From a virus (Duplodnaviria; Caudoviricetes): a stretch of 30,719 nucleotides of DNA. Location of the stretch: positions 1 to 30,719 of IMG/VR virus record IMGVR_UViG_3300020044_001178; one strand, 5' to 3'. The translations under genes were made by a program, and so were the position numbers. The notes beneath the pieces were generated by a model. That model was not told the DNA's origin. It searched no databases and saw only the letters and a list, made by a program, of their open reading frames with translations. Position 1 is the first letter of the stretch; every line of letters begins with the position of its first letter. Positions 17,003 through 26,196 of this stretch are shown piece after piece.

Positions 17003-20000
17003 TTACGTCGGTATCTGAGTCCAGATTACTGTATTTCCGTCATTGATCTGCACCCAGTTCCCAGACTGGGCATCGTTGACTGGTACCCAGTTGGGTGTTT
17101 GATTATCATTCACTTGGGCCCAATTCCCCGTCTGGCTGTCAGCAACTGGTACCCAGTTAGGTGTTTGGTTATCATTAATAACACCCCATACTAACGGAGT
17201 TGTGACTACTGCAACGGCTTGTACACCAACGACAAAGACTTTACAACCAGCTACTACGCTAGTGGTTCCTATCTGGCCGGTAGCCGAAACACCTGTGAGG
17301 TAGTAGGCTGATTGAGTAGTCACCGTGCCTACAGCGCCTTGTGCCCCTACACCCGTTGGCGTGACGTTAGCAGCACTTTTCTCTCGGGTGTCTCCAATCG
17401 CACCGGAGGCCGCAACCCCCGTAAGGGAGACCTGACCCTTAGACTCGACTACTACTGTGCCTACATCATTAGCCGCAGACAACCCGGTGATGGATACCTG
17501 CTTGGGTATAGATATTACAACAGTGCCAACGGAGCCGGTAGCCGAAACGCCTGTGACTGGGAACTTACCGCTAAGGGAGAAACTAGGAGTACCGACTGCA
17601 CCAGAGGCTTGCACGCCTATTGGACGCACGTTCGCCAGCCCGGTTGCGTTAGCCGTGCCGACTGCACCGGAGGCTTCTACACCTGTGACCGAGACCTGCT
17701 TAGGCAAAGAAACCGCAGCGGTGCCAACTGAACCTGTTGCTTCGATACCAGTAAGCGTAGTTTGTGCCGCACCAGAGGTGAGGACTGTGCCAACTGCACC
17801 CGTGGCTTCAATACCTGTAACTTCTATGAAGACAACTGACCTAGCTACAACAGTACCAACGGAGCCGGTAGCTTCTACACCAGTAAGCGCGGTTTGTGCC
17901 GCACCGGAGGCAAGGACTGTGCCAACAGCTCCCGTAGCTCCTACGCCAGTAACCGAGAACTGCGTAGGGATAGAGGCAACGACTGTGCCAACTGCACCAA
18001 GGGCTTCTACGCCAGTAACTGAGAACTGCGTAGGTATAGAGGCAACGACTGCGCCAACTGCACCAAGGGCTTCTACACCAGTAAGACTTACCGTTGCGCC
18101 GGTACGAACCGACACAGTGCCGATTTCGCCCTCTACCGAGTCTTCAAAGACGGGAGTTGAAATATCGCCGCTAGCAGAAACACCTACACCGTCGTCGATG
18201 GCTTCGGCAGACACACCAGTGGGTATCACGTTCGCAAGGGCCGTGACGTTTACGGTGCCAACTGCACCAAGGGCTTCTACTCCAGTAAGCGTGGTTTGTG
18301 CCGCACTGGAAGTAAGGACCGTACCGACTGCACCCGTGGCTTCGACGCCAGTAACCGAGAACTGCGTAGGAAGAGAAACGACGACTGTGCCAACTGCACC
18401 CGTGGCTTCTACACCAGTGGGGGGTGCTCGAGCACTAGCTACGACCGTACCTATACCAACTGAACCAATGGCTTCAACGCCCGTTACATTAACATTAACA
18501 TTAACATTACCACCCGGTGACGCTGTGAATATCACGTTGCTGTTATTGCCGCCGTCCGTTGAGTTTACACCGACATAGAAACGGTTTGCTTGGTTCACGC
18601 CAATGTCCGTGACGCTCAGATAGTCAATGCCAGTGGTGACGTTGGTCAGGCTAAATGTGCGGCGACTTCCTACAGTAAAACTGTTTACCGTAACGACATT
18701 ACCTACTGTCCCTGTGATGCTCCATGTGCCAATAGTGCCTAAGTTGCTATCAAAGCGGACAGTGTGGGCTACCGTCTTGGTAGACGCAAGTTCAGTGAAT
18801 GTGTATGTGCCAAGCAGTGCTGTTTCCGACGTTCCAGTTGCCCCACCGATAGTCAATTTATTGAATGACAGACCCCCAGAACCAGCAGCAAAACGCCTTG
18901 CAGTAGTCGAGACATTGGACAGCAGAATGTTAGCGGTGTCTTTGTTGAACGTAAGACCTGCTGTCTGGTTAGTAGACCAGACCGTCCCCGTCCCGCTTAG
19001 TGTCCATAGCCCAGACCCCATTGTGATTGTTCTGGTATTAGTGTTGTTGGAGTCAAAAGTCGTGCAAGTCAGGTTGTAGTTAAATGCGTCAAACGTGCCG
19101 CGAGTGAGAGAAATTGAGCTGGTCGAAGTAAACGCATCCCCAAGCCGAAACGTGCCGCTAGGAGGATCAATCGTAATCGAAAACGTTATTGTCTTACCTG
19201 CACTGGTGAACACCGTGGTGCTGCGACCAGAGAAGATTTGCGTTGCGCCTCCTGATACAGTTACACCAGAGCCAAGGGTGTAAGAGCCGTAACGGGTTTG
19301 GCTCACGTTGTGGTTAATCGTAATGCCTATAGTTCTAGTAGAGCAATCAAGAGTACCGATGTTGTAGGCATTTCCTAATGCAAGCGTTCCTGTTAGCGTG
19401 GTGTCGTTGTTAATTACAGCCGTGTCTTGAGCCAGTGGGAAGTAAATTGTATTTGCGCTTCCGCCAGAGGTGTCCGACCACGAAGTGTTGTTCCAGCTTG
19501 TACTCGTCCCAACGCGATAAACCGTCTTAGCCGCAGGAAATGTAATCCCGCTATTGCCCCCGCAGTCACCACCACGGGTAGGTGAGATAGGCGCAGCAGC
19601 CCCAGCAATCGTAATGTCTTGGAAGTCGCAGTCGGTAGCAGATACAGCCGCACAGGTTAGGGTGCGTGTTGTGCCGACGACGCTGGAACGAACGAAGCCG
19701 CGAGCAATAGAAGACGAACCAGCGCAAGTAAAAGTGCCGTTTACGGTTTGATTGGCGGAGATGGCTAGTTGGGTCAGGCCCGCTGTACTAACGGGAAGCG
19801 TCAGGTCGTTGAAGGTGTTTGTGCCATTAATTGTGCGAGTGCCAATTCCTGTGTTGGTAAAAGAAAGATTGTAAAAAGTTTTGCCACCTCCAGAAAATGT
19901 GGGCGATGCTGTAGTGCAGTTTATTGTTGACGTTCCCGCATTAACAGTCAGGTTTGTTGAGGTTAAAAAATCAACGCCGCCAGCAATAGTTAGCGCGCTA

Positions 20001-20509
20001 GAGCCTAAATTAATGGTTCTAACATTAGTGTTGGTAGAAATAAGCGACCCAGCCGCCACAGCAAAGTTTGCCGTAGTAAACGTCCCCTGCGTAATCGTTA
20101 ATGCTCTGGAAGTGGTGTTTAACGCATCACCAAGCGTAACTGTAATACCGGAACCATTGACTGTTACTGCGCTAAACGTCTTACCCGCAGTTGTCAGCGT
20201 CCCCGTGCCAGTTAACGTCATCGTGCCTGTGTGGGTGTAGGTCATAAGCGCACTGAGCGTGACGCTGCCAGCTACAGTGATTGCCGCCGAACCAGCAATA
20301 GTGCCTGTAAAGCCCGTGCAGTTAATCGACTTTGCGCCAGTGTTACCAGCGGCAATCGTGCAAGTGCCAGTGGATAAGGCGCTAAAAAACACATCGTCAG
20401 CGGTAGTTGGAACGGACGCGCCACCGCCACCGCCAGAGGTAGTTGCCCACTTAGTCCCCGCAGTGCCGTCCCAAGATGCCGTGCCGCCTACCCAATAACG
20501 ATCAGCCAT
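17003..20509 (-). CDS. large Thr/Gly/Val-rich virion fibre protein: beta-solenoid-like N-terminal region plus TGVEATGAVGTV-repeat region
   Basis: 1168 aa; MADRYWVGG start with an internally duplicated unit; about 20 TGVxAxGxVGT repeats; C-terminal W..V.D.QT.NW repeats. Confidence 0.8.
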   Translation of the reverse strand: MADRYWVGGTASWDGTAGTKWATTSGGGGGASVPTTADDVFFSALSTGTCTIAAGNTGAKSINCTGFTGTIAGSAAITVAGSVTLSALMTYTHTGTMTLTGTGTLTTAGKTFSAVTVNGSGITVTLGDALNTTSRALTITQGTFTTANFAVAAGSLISTNTNVRTINLGSSALTIAGGVDFLTSTNLTVNAGTSTINCTTASPTFSGGGKTFYNLSFTNTGIGTRTINGTNTFNDLTLPVSTAGLTQLAISANQTVNGTFTCAGSSSIARGFVRSSVVGTTRTLTCAAVSATDCDFQDITIAGAAAPISPTRGGDCGGNSGITFPAAKTVYRVGTSTSWNNTSWSDTSGGSANTIYFPLAQDTAVINNDTTLTGTLALGNAYNIGTLDCSTRTIGITINHNVSQTRYGSYTLGSGVTVSGGATQIFSGRSTTVFTSAGKTITFSITIDPPSGTFRLGDAFTSTSSISLTRGTFDAFNYNLTCTTFDSNNTNTRTITMGSGLWTLSGTGTVWSTNQTAGLTFNKDTANILLSNVSTTARRFAAGSGGLSFNKLTIGGATGTSETALLGTYTFTELASTKTVAHTVRFDSNLGTIGTWSITGTVGNVVTVNSFTVGSRRTFSLTNVTTGIDYLSVTDIGVNQANRFYVGVNSTDGGNNSNVIFTASPGGNVNVNVNVTGVEAIGSVGIGTVVASARAPPTGVEATGAVGTVVVSLPTQFSVTGVEATGAVGTVLTSSAAQTTLTGVEALGAVGTVNVTALANVIPTGVSAEAIDDGVGVSASGDISTPVFEDSVEGEIGTVSVRTGATVSLTGVEALGAVGAVVASIPTQFSVTGVEALGAVGTVVASIPTQFSVTGVGATGAVGTVLASGAAQTALTGVEATGSVGTVVARSVVFIEVTGIEATGAVGTVLTSGAAQTTLTGIEATGSVGTAAVSLPKQVSVTGVEASGAVGTANATGLANVRPIGVQASGAVGTPSFSLSGKFPVTGVSATGSVGTVVISIPKQVSITGLSAANDVGTVVVESKGQVSLTGVAASGAIGDTREKSAANVTPTGVGAQGAVGTVTTQSAYYLTGVSATGQIGTTSVVAGCKVFVVGVQAVAVVTTPLVWGVINDNQTPNWVPVADSQTGNWAQVNDNQTPNWVPVNDAQSGNWVQINDGNTVIWTQIPT
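17200..18485. repeat. about 66-nt degenerate coding repeats (TGVEATGAVGTV...)
   Basis: Recurrent GTGCCAACTGCACC...GGCTTCTAC units; a near-identical adjacent pair at ~17946-18080. Confidence 0.85.
18486..18509. repeat. (ACATTA)4 microsatellite encoding NVNVNVNV
   Basis: Four exact hexamers at the junction of the two halves of the fibre gene. Confidence 0.9.
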
Positions 20510-20510
20510 T

Positions 20511-20753
20511 TCAGCCCTCCACAGGCTTCAGCACATCCTGACCGCCAATCTCAACGCGCTCATAGGTCACGCCGTCAATCTCAATGGTTTCTGGCTCAGG
20601 TGCTGGCGGGTTCTCTACAGCGAACAGCCAGTTGTCCAGCCGCTCTTGCTTCATGGCCGCGATTTCTTCTTCTGTGAACGTGTGGTCATCAGGAAAATAC
20701 AGCGCATCACGAAACACGCCGTAGGGGGTTGTAAATTCAAAATCTATTTTCAT
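20511..20753 (-). CDS. small acidic protein, possibly a fibre-associated chaperone
   Basis: 80 aa; ends 1 nt before the fibre start; G-rich SD. Confidence 0.7.
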   Translation of the reverse strand: MKIDFEFTTPYGVFRDALYFPDDHTFTEEEIAAMKQERLDNWLFAVENPPAPEPETIEIDGVTYERVEIGGQDVLKPVEG

Positions 20754-20781
20754 GACGCCCCCCTACGGCGGACTTTCTTAA

Positions 20782-20955
20782 TTACTCAGGTTTGGCTTTT
20801 TCGGCCAAGATAAATGCAACCAAACCGGCTACGCCAGCAACAGCAGTGGCAGCGACGCTATAGAGCTCGGTCGAAATACCAAAAGCTAAAGCAATACCGG
20901 ACAGACCTGCATAGCTCGATGGCTCTTTGAGTCGCGAAAGAACAAAATTCAACAT
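20782..20955 (-). CDS. holin-like small membrane protein (57 aa; not in the ORF track)
   Basis: Hand translation: MLNFVLSRLKEPSSYAGLSGIALAFGISTELYSVAATAVAGVAGLVAFILAEKAKPE*; AAGGAG SD; two hydrophobic segments and a charged tail; directly follows the endolysin. Confidence 0.8.
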   Translation of the reverse strand: MLNFVLSRLKEPSSYAGLSGIALAFGISTELYSVAATAVAGVAGLVAFILAEKAKPE

Positions 20956-20966
20956 AGTTAATCTCC

Positions 20967-21449
20967 TTATGCTTCGTTAGTGGAAACTTTTCCATCTTTC
21001 ATAAAAACATACTTGCCGATAACCGGCTCGCCCTTAGGCCAGCGCGACGCAACAAGACGGCTCTTACCAAGCTTCATTACGTTTACAGCATTACCTTGGT
21101 TGCCGCCAAGCACATAATAGTGCCCAGCATCTTCGCCAACATAGAAGCCAACATGCCCACCACCTGCGCGGTCAAAGACAAGTATAGCCCCCGGAGCTAG
21201 CCTATCACGACGTAGCAGAGAGCCGTAAGTAGCCCACTCTTTCGCACGCATGTAGAGCTTAGGGTAAGGTAGATCAGCTTCATCCATGCAGTGTGCAACA
21301 AACACGCCGCACCAAGGAGTCTCATCATTCCGCCACCAAGCACGCAGCTTTGCTAGCCACCCAAGGATAACCTTGTTGTGGGCTGGGCCGGGTATTTCCT
21401 TAAGGCCTTCATAGTTTTCAGCTATGGTCAACCAACGAGGGTCAGCCAT
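20967..21449 (-). CDS. endolysin candidate, TIGR02594-type CHAP/NlpC-P60 cysteine peptidase
   Basis: DETPWCGVFV (catalytic Cys), GGGHVGFYVG (catalytic His), VLGGNQ. Confidence 0.88.
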   Translation of the reverse strand: MADPRWLTIAENYEGLKEIPGPAHNKVILGWLAKLRAWWRNDETPWCGVFVAHCMDEADLPYPKLYMRAKEWATYGSLLRRDRLAPGAILVFDRAGGGHVGFYVGEDAGHYYVLGGNQGNAVNVMKLGKSRLVASRWPKGEPVIGKYVFMKDGKVSTNEA

Positions 21450-21922
21450 TACGCAATCCGAATAATAGCTGTGGTGTTAGTAGCCGTTGGGAAGATGATG
21501 GTGAAGTCGCCATCTGTCGATGTTTTGTCCGAACCAAAATCCAGAGAGGCTACAGCGGCGTTCGTCAGCGTGGTGTTCGCGTTCGAGTTAGCCGAAGGCG
21601 TCGTGTTATAAATAAGCGCGCCGCGAGCCGTGATTGTCGAGTTAGCAAAGGTCAGGTCCGAGAAGTCGGTGAAGCCCGTGCCTGTTGAAGCCGAGTTGTT
21701 CGAAGTTACAACGCCGAGGTTAACCAGTGTTCCACCGCCTGCGGTGTAGTTTGTGCCTGTTACTTCGTTAGACGCGGTGTATGCAGTGGTGTTGGCGTCA
21801 ATAGAAGCTGACGAAGTGTAGAGCGCGAGCTTGAAGGTGTCGCCACCGGTTGCGCGGAAATCGTGTACGGCGAGCATTAGCTCGGCCTTGAACGACGTGG
21901 TCATTGCTTGAGTAATTGCCAT
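21449..21922 (-). CDS. conserved virion structural protein
   Basis: MAITQAMTTSFKAEL...FKLALYTSSA...ARGALIYN...LDFGSDK pattern; AGGAGG SD. Confidence 0.78.
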   Translation of the reverse strand: MAITQAMTTSFKAELMLAVHDFRATGGDTFKLALYTSSASIDANTTAYTASNEVTGTNYTAGGGTLVNLGVVTSNNSASTGTGFTDFSDLTFANSTITARGALIYNTTPSANSNANTTLTNAAVASLDFGSDKTSTDGDFTIIFPTATNTTAIIRIA

Positions 21923-21934
21923 CTTAAGGCCTCC

Positions 21935-22219
21935 TTATGTATCGAGTATGGCGGTTAACTCTGGGTACCCCGCCTGTTTAAATTTGTTCACCAGAGTTAC
22001 GTTATGTGACCGCACGGCTTCATGCATATAATGCACTAGCACTCCACGGATGCTGTCTTTGAAAGCTTCCGCTTGGTCACGGATAGCCGGATGTGCGTTG
22101 CTACCGACATAGATAATCTTATCTAACGCACGCTCGGCAACCTCCTCTGGCGTGAAACCACGGCCTTCGGTAGCCATAACCATGACGTTGCCAATAGTAC
22201 CTGAAACGGGGTCAAACAT
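21935..22219 (-). CDS. conserved hypothetical phage protein
   Basis: 94 aa; RGFTPEEVAER..DKII...HPAIRDQAEAF; AGGAG SD. Confidence 0.75.
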   Translation of the reverse strand: MFDPVSGTIGNVMVMATEGRGFTPEEVAERALDKIIYVGSNAHPAIRDQAEAFKDSIRGVLVHYMHEAVRSHNVTLVNKFKQAGYPELTAILDT

Positions 22220-22228
22220 CTATAGCTC

Positions 22229-22888
22229 CTACTGGACCGGATATCGGGCTTGGGGAGTGCGGTACATATCTTGACGGTTTTTGCCTTCGCCAAGCTGTTT
22301 GAGCATACCCATCGCATCGTCATAGCGTTTTTGATATCCAGCAATGATATCAGCTTCGCCCTTCATAAACGTATACGCCTCGATAAGCGCACCATAAAGC
22401 AACGCGCTGTCGAAGTTATCGCCTAGCCAGCTTGTACCCGCAGTCACGATGGACTCTGGGTAGTAGAAGTAGTGTAGTTCGACTGCATAGTTGGCGTCTG
22501 GCGTCGGCCCTAAGATGTACGAGTTCTCGTCAAAGTAGGCATAGTGTGTGGGTATGCCGGTCGTACTTGGGTTTGGAAACGACTGCCGAATGTAGCTCAC
22601 ATCCTTGTTAAGCAAATACTCGTAACGTCCAGTAGCGTCGATAACAGCCATGGAGAAGTTAGCCAGCCAGTCTGAAGGCACCGAGAGGTACTTGTTACCT
22701 GACGTCATGTTACCCGTCACGTTCTTACGCAAGTCAAGCAACTGCACCGTGTTAAAGATGCGCTGCTCAGCCTGCTCGATGAACGTGTTGATCTGTTCGG
22801 CAGACGTCATTCCGCCCGACCCCGCCGTGTCCGGGAAGTCGTTTTCGGTATAACCCTTGATTGTCTCGAACAGTTCAGCGTAGTTCAT
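22229..22888 (-). CDS. head-to-tail adaptor-like protein
   Basis: FIEQAEQRI, G.PTHYA, GPTPD..Y.VELHY, LLYGALIEA pattern of podovirus adaptor proteins. Confidence 0.72.
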   Translation of the reverse strand: MNYAELFETIKGYTENDFPDTAGSGGMTSAEQINTFIEQAEQRIFNTVQLLDLRKNVTGNMTSGNKYLSVPSDWLANFSMAVIDATGRYEYLLNKDVSYIRQSFPNPSTTGIPTHYAYFDENSYILGPTPDANYAVELHYFYYPESIVTAGTSWLGDNFDSALLYGALIEAYTFMKGEADIIAGYQKRYDDAMGMLKQLGEGKNRQDMYRTPQARYPVQ

Positions 22889-23028
22889 TAGGCCAGTTTC
22901 TTGCTGCTATGCGTACCTTTGGTAGCCGCACCCGTACCGCGAGTTTTCACAGTCTGAGTGTTAGCTACGTTGTTAGGGTAACCCGAATTGTTCTTCACAA
23001 TCGGCACCGTCTTTGGCTTGTAGTCCAT
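22888..23028 (-). CDS. 46-aa basic peptide with RGTGAATKG motif (not in the ORF track)
   Basis: Hand translation: MDYKPKTVPIVKNNSGYPNNVANTQTVKTRGTGAATKGTHSSKKLA*; fills the gap exactly; TAATG coupling to the adaptor gene. Confidence 0.78.
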   Translation of the reverse strand: MDYKPKTVPIVKNNSGYPNNVANTQTVKTRGTGAATKGTHSSKKLA

Positions 23029-23029
23029 A

Positions 23030-23224
23030 TTATTTACCCCGCGAAGATTTCTTCTGGTTAGCGATTTTGGCTAAGTTACGACCCATAGCGCCCATCTGTG
23101 CGTTGGTCTTGCCGCCCTTGGCTAGCTTAGTCAGAGGCTTACCCTTGTGCATTGCGCGCTCGTGCTTATGCACGGCTTTCGCTGCAGTAGCCTTATCTTG
23201 CTTCAAATCTTTCTTATCCATCAC
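23030..23224 (-). CDS. small Lys-rich protein with LAKGG motif
   Basis: 64 aa; overlaps the upstream stop; GGAG SD. Confidence 0.78.
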   Translation of the reverse strand: MMDKKDLKQDKATAAKAVHKHERAMHKGKPLTKLAKGGKTNAQMGAMGRNLAKIANQKKSSRGK

Positions 23225-23616
23225 TAATTCTCCGTCTCAACTGTTACGGTCCCTACTTGACCACTACCTAATAGCGTATTTGGAAGCCCAAATAAACCCA
23301 AAGGATTATTTAACCCCACTGGGTCCCACCCCCACTGAATTACGCGACTACCATCAGTAGGGTTATTGTTCACGTTTAGACCTGCTTGGTTATAGCTATT
23401 GTCTGGACGTGGGTCGCGCAGTGCCTGTGGGTCATCCACTGGATACATACCCAACTGAAGCTGCGGCTGATCTGGTTCCCAGCAAGTGGGGCACACAAGA
23501 ATGTTGATATTCTTGGTCTTAATGACGAGCCGCTTGAGTTCCTTAAGCTTGTAGCGAAAGTTACAGCGGTCGCACTGGGCGATTGCCCACTTACCAGAGG
23601 CGAACCGATTAGGCAC
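23224..23616 (-). CDS. conserved protein with a CxxC...CxxC zinc-ribbon-like motif
   Basis: CDRC and CPTC followed by PQL and DPQALRDPRPD. Confidence 0.8.
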   Translation of the reverse strand: MPNRFASGKWAIAQCDRCNFRYKLKELKRLVIKTKNINILVCPTCWEPDQPQLQLGMYPVDDPQALRDPRPDNSYNQAGLNVNNNPTDGSRVIQWGWDPVGLNNPLGLFGLPNTLLGSGQVGTVTVETEN

Positions 23617-23619
23617 GTA

Positions 23620-24330
23620 TCACCGGAAATACTGACGAGGTGCGATGCGCAGTGGCGCTTTCTCACGGTCCTCATCAGCAGCCTGCTGCCAGAGTTCTTC
23701 GTATTCTGCTTTGAGCATTTGGCTGCGGTCAAGCGCGCCGGGAACCTTCAAGGATAGGTGATACGCGAGACCAGCCACCAGACAAGGGAGGAACCTAAAC
23801 GGTATATCTTGCGTAGTAACACCATCACCAGCATCCTGTAAACGGCGCAAGCGCCAGTAGACAAAAGTATAATAGTTGCTCTGGTCTGGCGCTGGCCAGA
23901 CGTTAATGTTCGGGTTTGCAACACCATCTACCGGATAGTCTGCACCTGACTGGCGGTTAATCCACACTTGGATAGGCCGACCCTGCGCGTTTTTATTTGG
24001 GATAGTCGAGTATGTGTCGATGCTGATACGGTTAATAGTGATATCAGTCTGCTGCTGCCCTGTCTGGGTGCGCACAACATGCTCAAGCAAGTCTATAGTG
24101 TCGATAGGTAAATCGTAAACAATCTGCCCCTGCACCAAGGGGATAGAGCCTTGCTCGATGGTCCACAGGTTAATACCACGGTTAGCCCACTCAATAGTGA
24201 GCAGGTTCAAGCTACGGCGCGCAGTGCGCAAGTCATAGCCCGTGCGAAGCTCAGCCCCACAACGCTCAAAAGCCTCTTCGACTAGGTCGTTGAGGTTGAG
24301 ATTAAATGCTGTGGTTCCGCTAGTGGTCAT
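23620..24330 (-). CDS. second adaptor/head-completion-like structural protein
   Basis: VEEAFERCG, EWANRGINLW, GRPIQVW, VWPAPD, LVAGLAY pattern; ATGA overlap with the upstream gene. Confidence 0.7.
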   Translation of the reverse strand: MTTSGTTAFNLNLNDLVEEAFERCGAELRTGYDLRTARRSLNLLTIEWANRGINLWTIEQGSIPLVQGQIVYDLPIDTIDLLEHVVRTQTGQQQTDITINRISIDTYSTIPNKNAQGRPIQVWINRQSGADYPVDGVANPNINVWPAPDQSNYYTFVYWRLRRLQDAGDGVTTQDIPFRFLPCLVAGLAYHLSLKVPGALDRSQMLKAEYEELWQQAADEDREKAPLRIAPRQYFR

Positions 24331-24722
24331 CGGTACTTAGCTGCCTTCTTTGCTATGGCTTTCGGCTGCTTAACGAATTGCTTGCCCGCCTTGATGCCTG
24401 CACGTTTCGCCTTGCTTGTAGCAGAGTATTCCTGAGAACTCAAAGCCTCACGTGCTTTCTTAGGTAAGTAGCGCTCACCCGTAGCTTTTGGCCCTTGAGT
24501 AGACGGCTTGCCTGACTTAGTGCCCCAGTCTTCCTTACCCCATTTGGACAAAGATTTCTGCGCTTCTGTCTTCGGGCCGCTGTAGCTGCCGCCAGACTTC
24601 TTATACCGCTGCGTAGCAAGCTGGGCTTTACGGGCGGACCATTGACCTGCGTTTCCACCCTTGGTGCCAGCTTTTACACTGGCAACAATGCGCTTCCACT
24701 TAGGTTCGTCCGACCGAGCCAT
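24327..24722 (-). CDS. basic protein, DUF5872-like
   Basis: GQWSARKAQL...YKKSGGSY...L.KW.KEDW.TKSGK...GERYLP motif string; family name from recall. Confidence 0.7.
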   Translation of the reverse strand: MARSDEPKWKRIVASVKAGTKGGNAGQWSARKAQLATQRYKKSGGSYSGPKTEAQKSLSKWGKEDWGTKSGKPSTQGPKATGERYLPKKAREALSSQEYSATSKAKRAGIKAGKQFVKQPKAIAKKAAKYR

Positions 24723-25907
24723 TTACCCTCCGAGGTTCATCATCTGCATACGGCGCATGGCTTGCATACGCGGGTCTTCTTGACCTATTTGCTGCTCGTA
24801 AGGGTTAGGCGGAGCCACAGACCCACCCATAGCCATACCCGGTGCAGGAGGCTGACCTGCCTGCTGCATCATTTGTTGGTACTGCTGTAGTTGCTGCTGT
24901 GAAGGCTGACCTTGCTGCGGCACTCCGCCCAACTGTTGACCACCGAGTTGAGCCGCAAGAGGGGCTGCTTGCTGTAACGCACCGAAGCTCGGGTACTCAG
25001 CAGCAATCTGCTGAGAGAGCTGCGCCTTCCTATCTATCTCCTGCTGGGTTAGTGGCTGACCTCCGCTCATATCAAAGCCCGGACCTCCATCATATGGACG
25101 CGGAGAAGTCTGCTGCGGATTAAAACCACCTTGCATAGGCTGACCGCCCTGCTGTGGCACAGTACTCATTAGTTGCCCGTAGCGCTGCATATGCTGCATT
25201 GGGTCGGGTGGGGGCGGAAGCTGACCACCTTGCATAGGCTGACCTTGCTGCTGCGGAGGCTGACTATAAAGAATGCTGGGTGAACCATAACTAGGAGGCT
25301 GACCGCCTGCCCCTGCCTGTTGCTGCCGTGCTAACATCTGCTGCTGACTCATACCACCAAACATCTGGCCTATTCCCATACCGCCACCCTGCTGCATTGG
25401 GTTCGACTGCATAGGCTGACCCGGTCGCATCTGCGAACCACTTGGTTGAAGCTGTTGCTGATACTGTTGCGTATATCGGCGTTTCTGCGGACCATTATAC
25501 TGACCAAGCAACGACTGTATATGCTGCTGCTGCTGCTGATATGCTGGGCCACCCGGTGTCATACCCTGCAAGCTTTGTATCTCGTCGGCCATACTAGGAT
25601 TACCGCCTTGCCCCGGTCGCATTTGCTGACCGCCTTGCTGCATAGGGGTTTGCTGCTGTCCACCAAAACCACCAAAACCACCAAAACCACCAAAACCACC
25701 CATAGGCGGTTGAGTCATAGGTCGTGGAGGCATACCAGTACCACCGCCTGCAATACCCATAGGCGGATTGGGTTGAGTCATAGGCTGCTGGGGTTGACCA
25801 CCAAAACCACCCTGCATAGGCGGCTTGGGTTGAGTCATAGGCATGGTTTGCTTACCGGGCTGCATAATAGGCCGACCGCCAAAACCACCTAGAGGGGGCA
25901 TACTCAT
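24723..25907 (-). CDS. Gln/Gly/Pro/Met-rich low-complexity (prion-like) protein, 394 aa
   Basis: Long open frame; ATG at 25905-25907 lies 1 nt after the upstream stop; GGF and QPMQ repeats; MAMGG near the C-terminus. Confidence 0.8.
   Translation of the reverse strand: MSMPPLGGFGGRPIMQPGKQTMPMTQPKPPMQGGFGGQPQQPMTQPNPPMGIAGGGTGMPPRPMTQPPMGGFGGFGGFGGFGGQQQTPMQQGGQQMRPGQGGNPSMADEIQSLQGMTPGGPAYQQQQQHIQSLLGQYNGPQKRRYTQQYQQQLQPSGSQMRPGQPMQSNPMQQGGGMGIGQMFGGMSQQQMLARQQQAGAGGQPPSYGSPSILYSQPPQQQGQPMQGGQLPPPPDPMQHMQRYGQLMSTVPQQGGQPMQGGFNPQQTSPRPYDGGPGFDMSGGQPLTQQEIDRKAQLSQQIAAEYPSFGALQQAAPLAAQLGGQQLGGVPQQGQPSQQQLQQYQQMMQQAGQPPAPGMAMGGSVAPPNPYEQQIGQEDPRMQAMRRMQMMNLGG
25660..25700. repeat. 9-nt tandem repeat x4.5 encoding (GGF)4
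   Basis: CCACCAAAA x4 plus CCACC. Confidence 0.95.
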
Positions 25908-25908
25908 A

Positions 25909-26196
25909 TTACTTACCTTTCTTGAAGCCCTTGAGCATTTGCGCAAAACGGGCACGTTGACCTAACTTACCGGGGGCCTTGGCGGCTTTGGCAAGTTTTC
26001 CTGCTGGGATTTTCTTACCCGCAGGAGTGCCAAGCTGCGCACGGAGTGCGCCGGGTTTCTTGATCGCTTTGGAGATGTCAAGCTTCCCACCTTTAGCATA
26101 CATAGTCACTTCGTCGGGGTTATCCTTACGACGAATTGTTTTCGCCCCCGGCATTTTAGAAGGGTTTATGGCCCCCATACCCCGACAAGCGCGCAT
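25909..26196 (-). CDS. small basic protein (RGMGA and YAKGG motifs, KKPGALR domain)
   Basis: 95 aa; TAATG coupling. Confidence 0.78.
   Translation of the reverse strand: MRACRGMGAINPSKMPGAKTIRRKDNPDEVTMYAKGGKLDISKAIKKPGALRAQLGTPAGKKIPAGKLAKAAKAPGKLGQRARFAQMLKGFKKGK

Noticed and set aside
17946-18080. Near-identical repeat pair as a possible DGR template/variable repeat
   Set aside because: Adjacent tandem copies, mismatches are not adenine-specific, and there is no reverse transcriptase in the window.
17200-18485. Regularly spaced ~66-nt repeats resembling a CRISPR array
   Set aside because: Degenerate at codon third positions, in frame within a protein repeat; the intervening sequences are related to each other; no cas genes.
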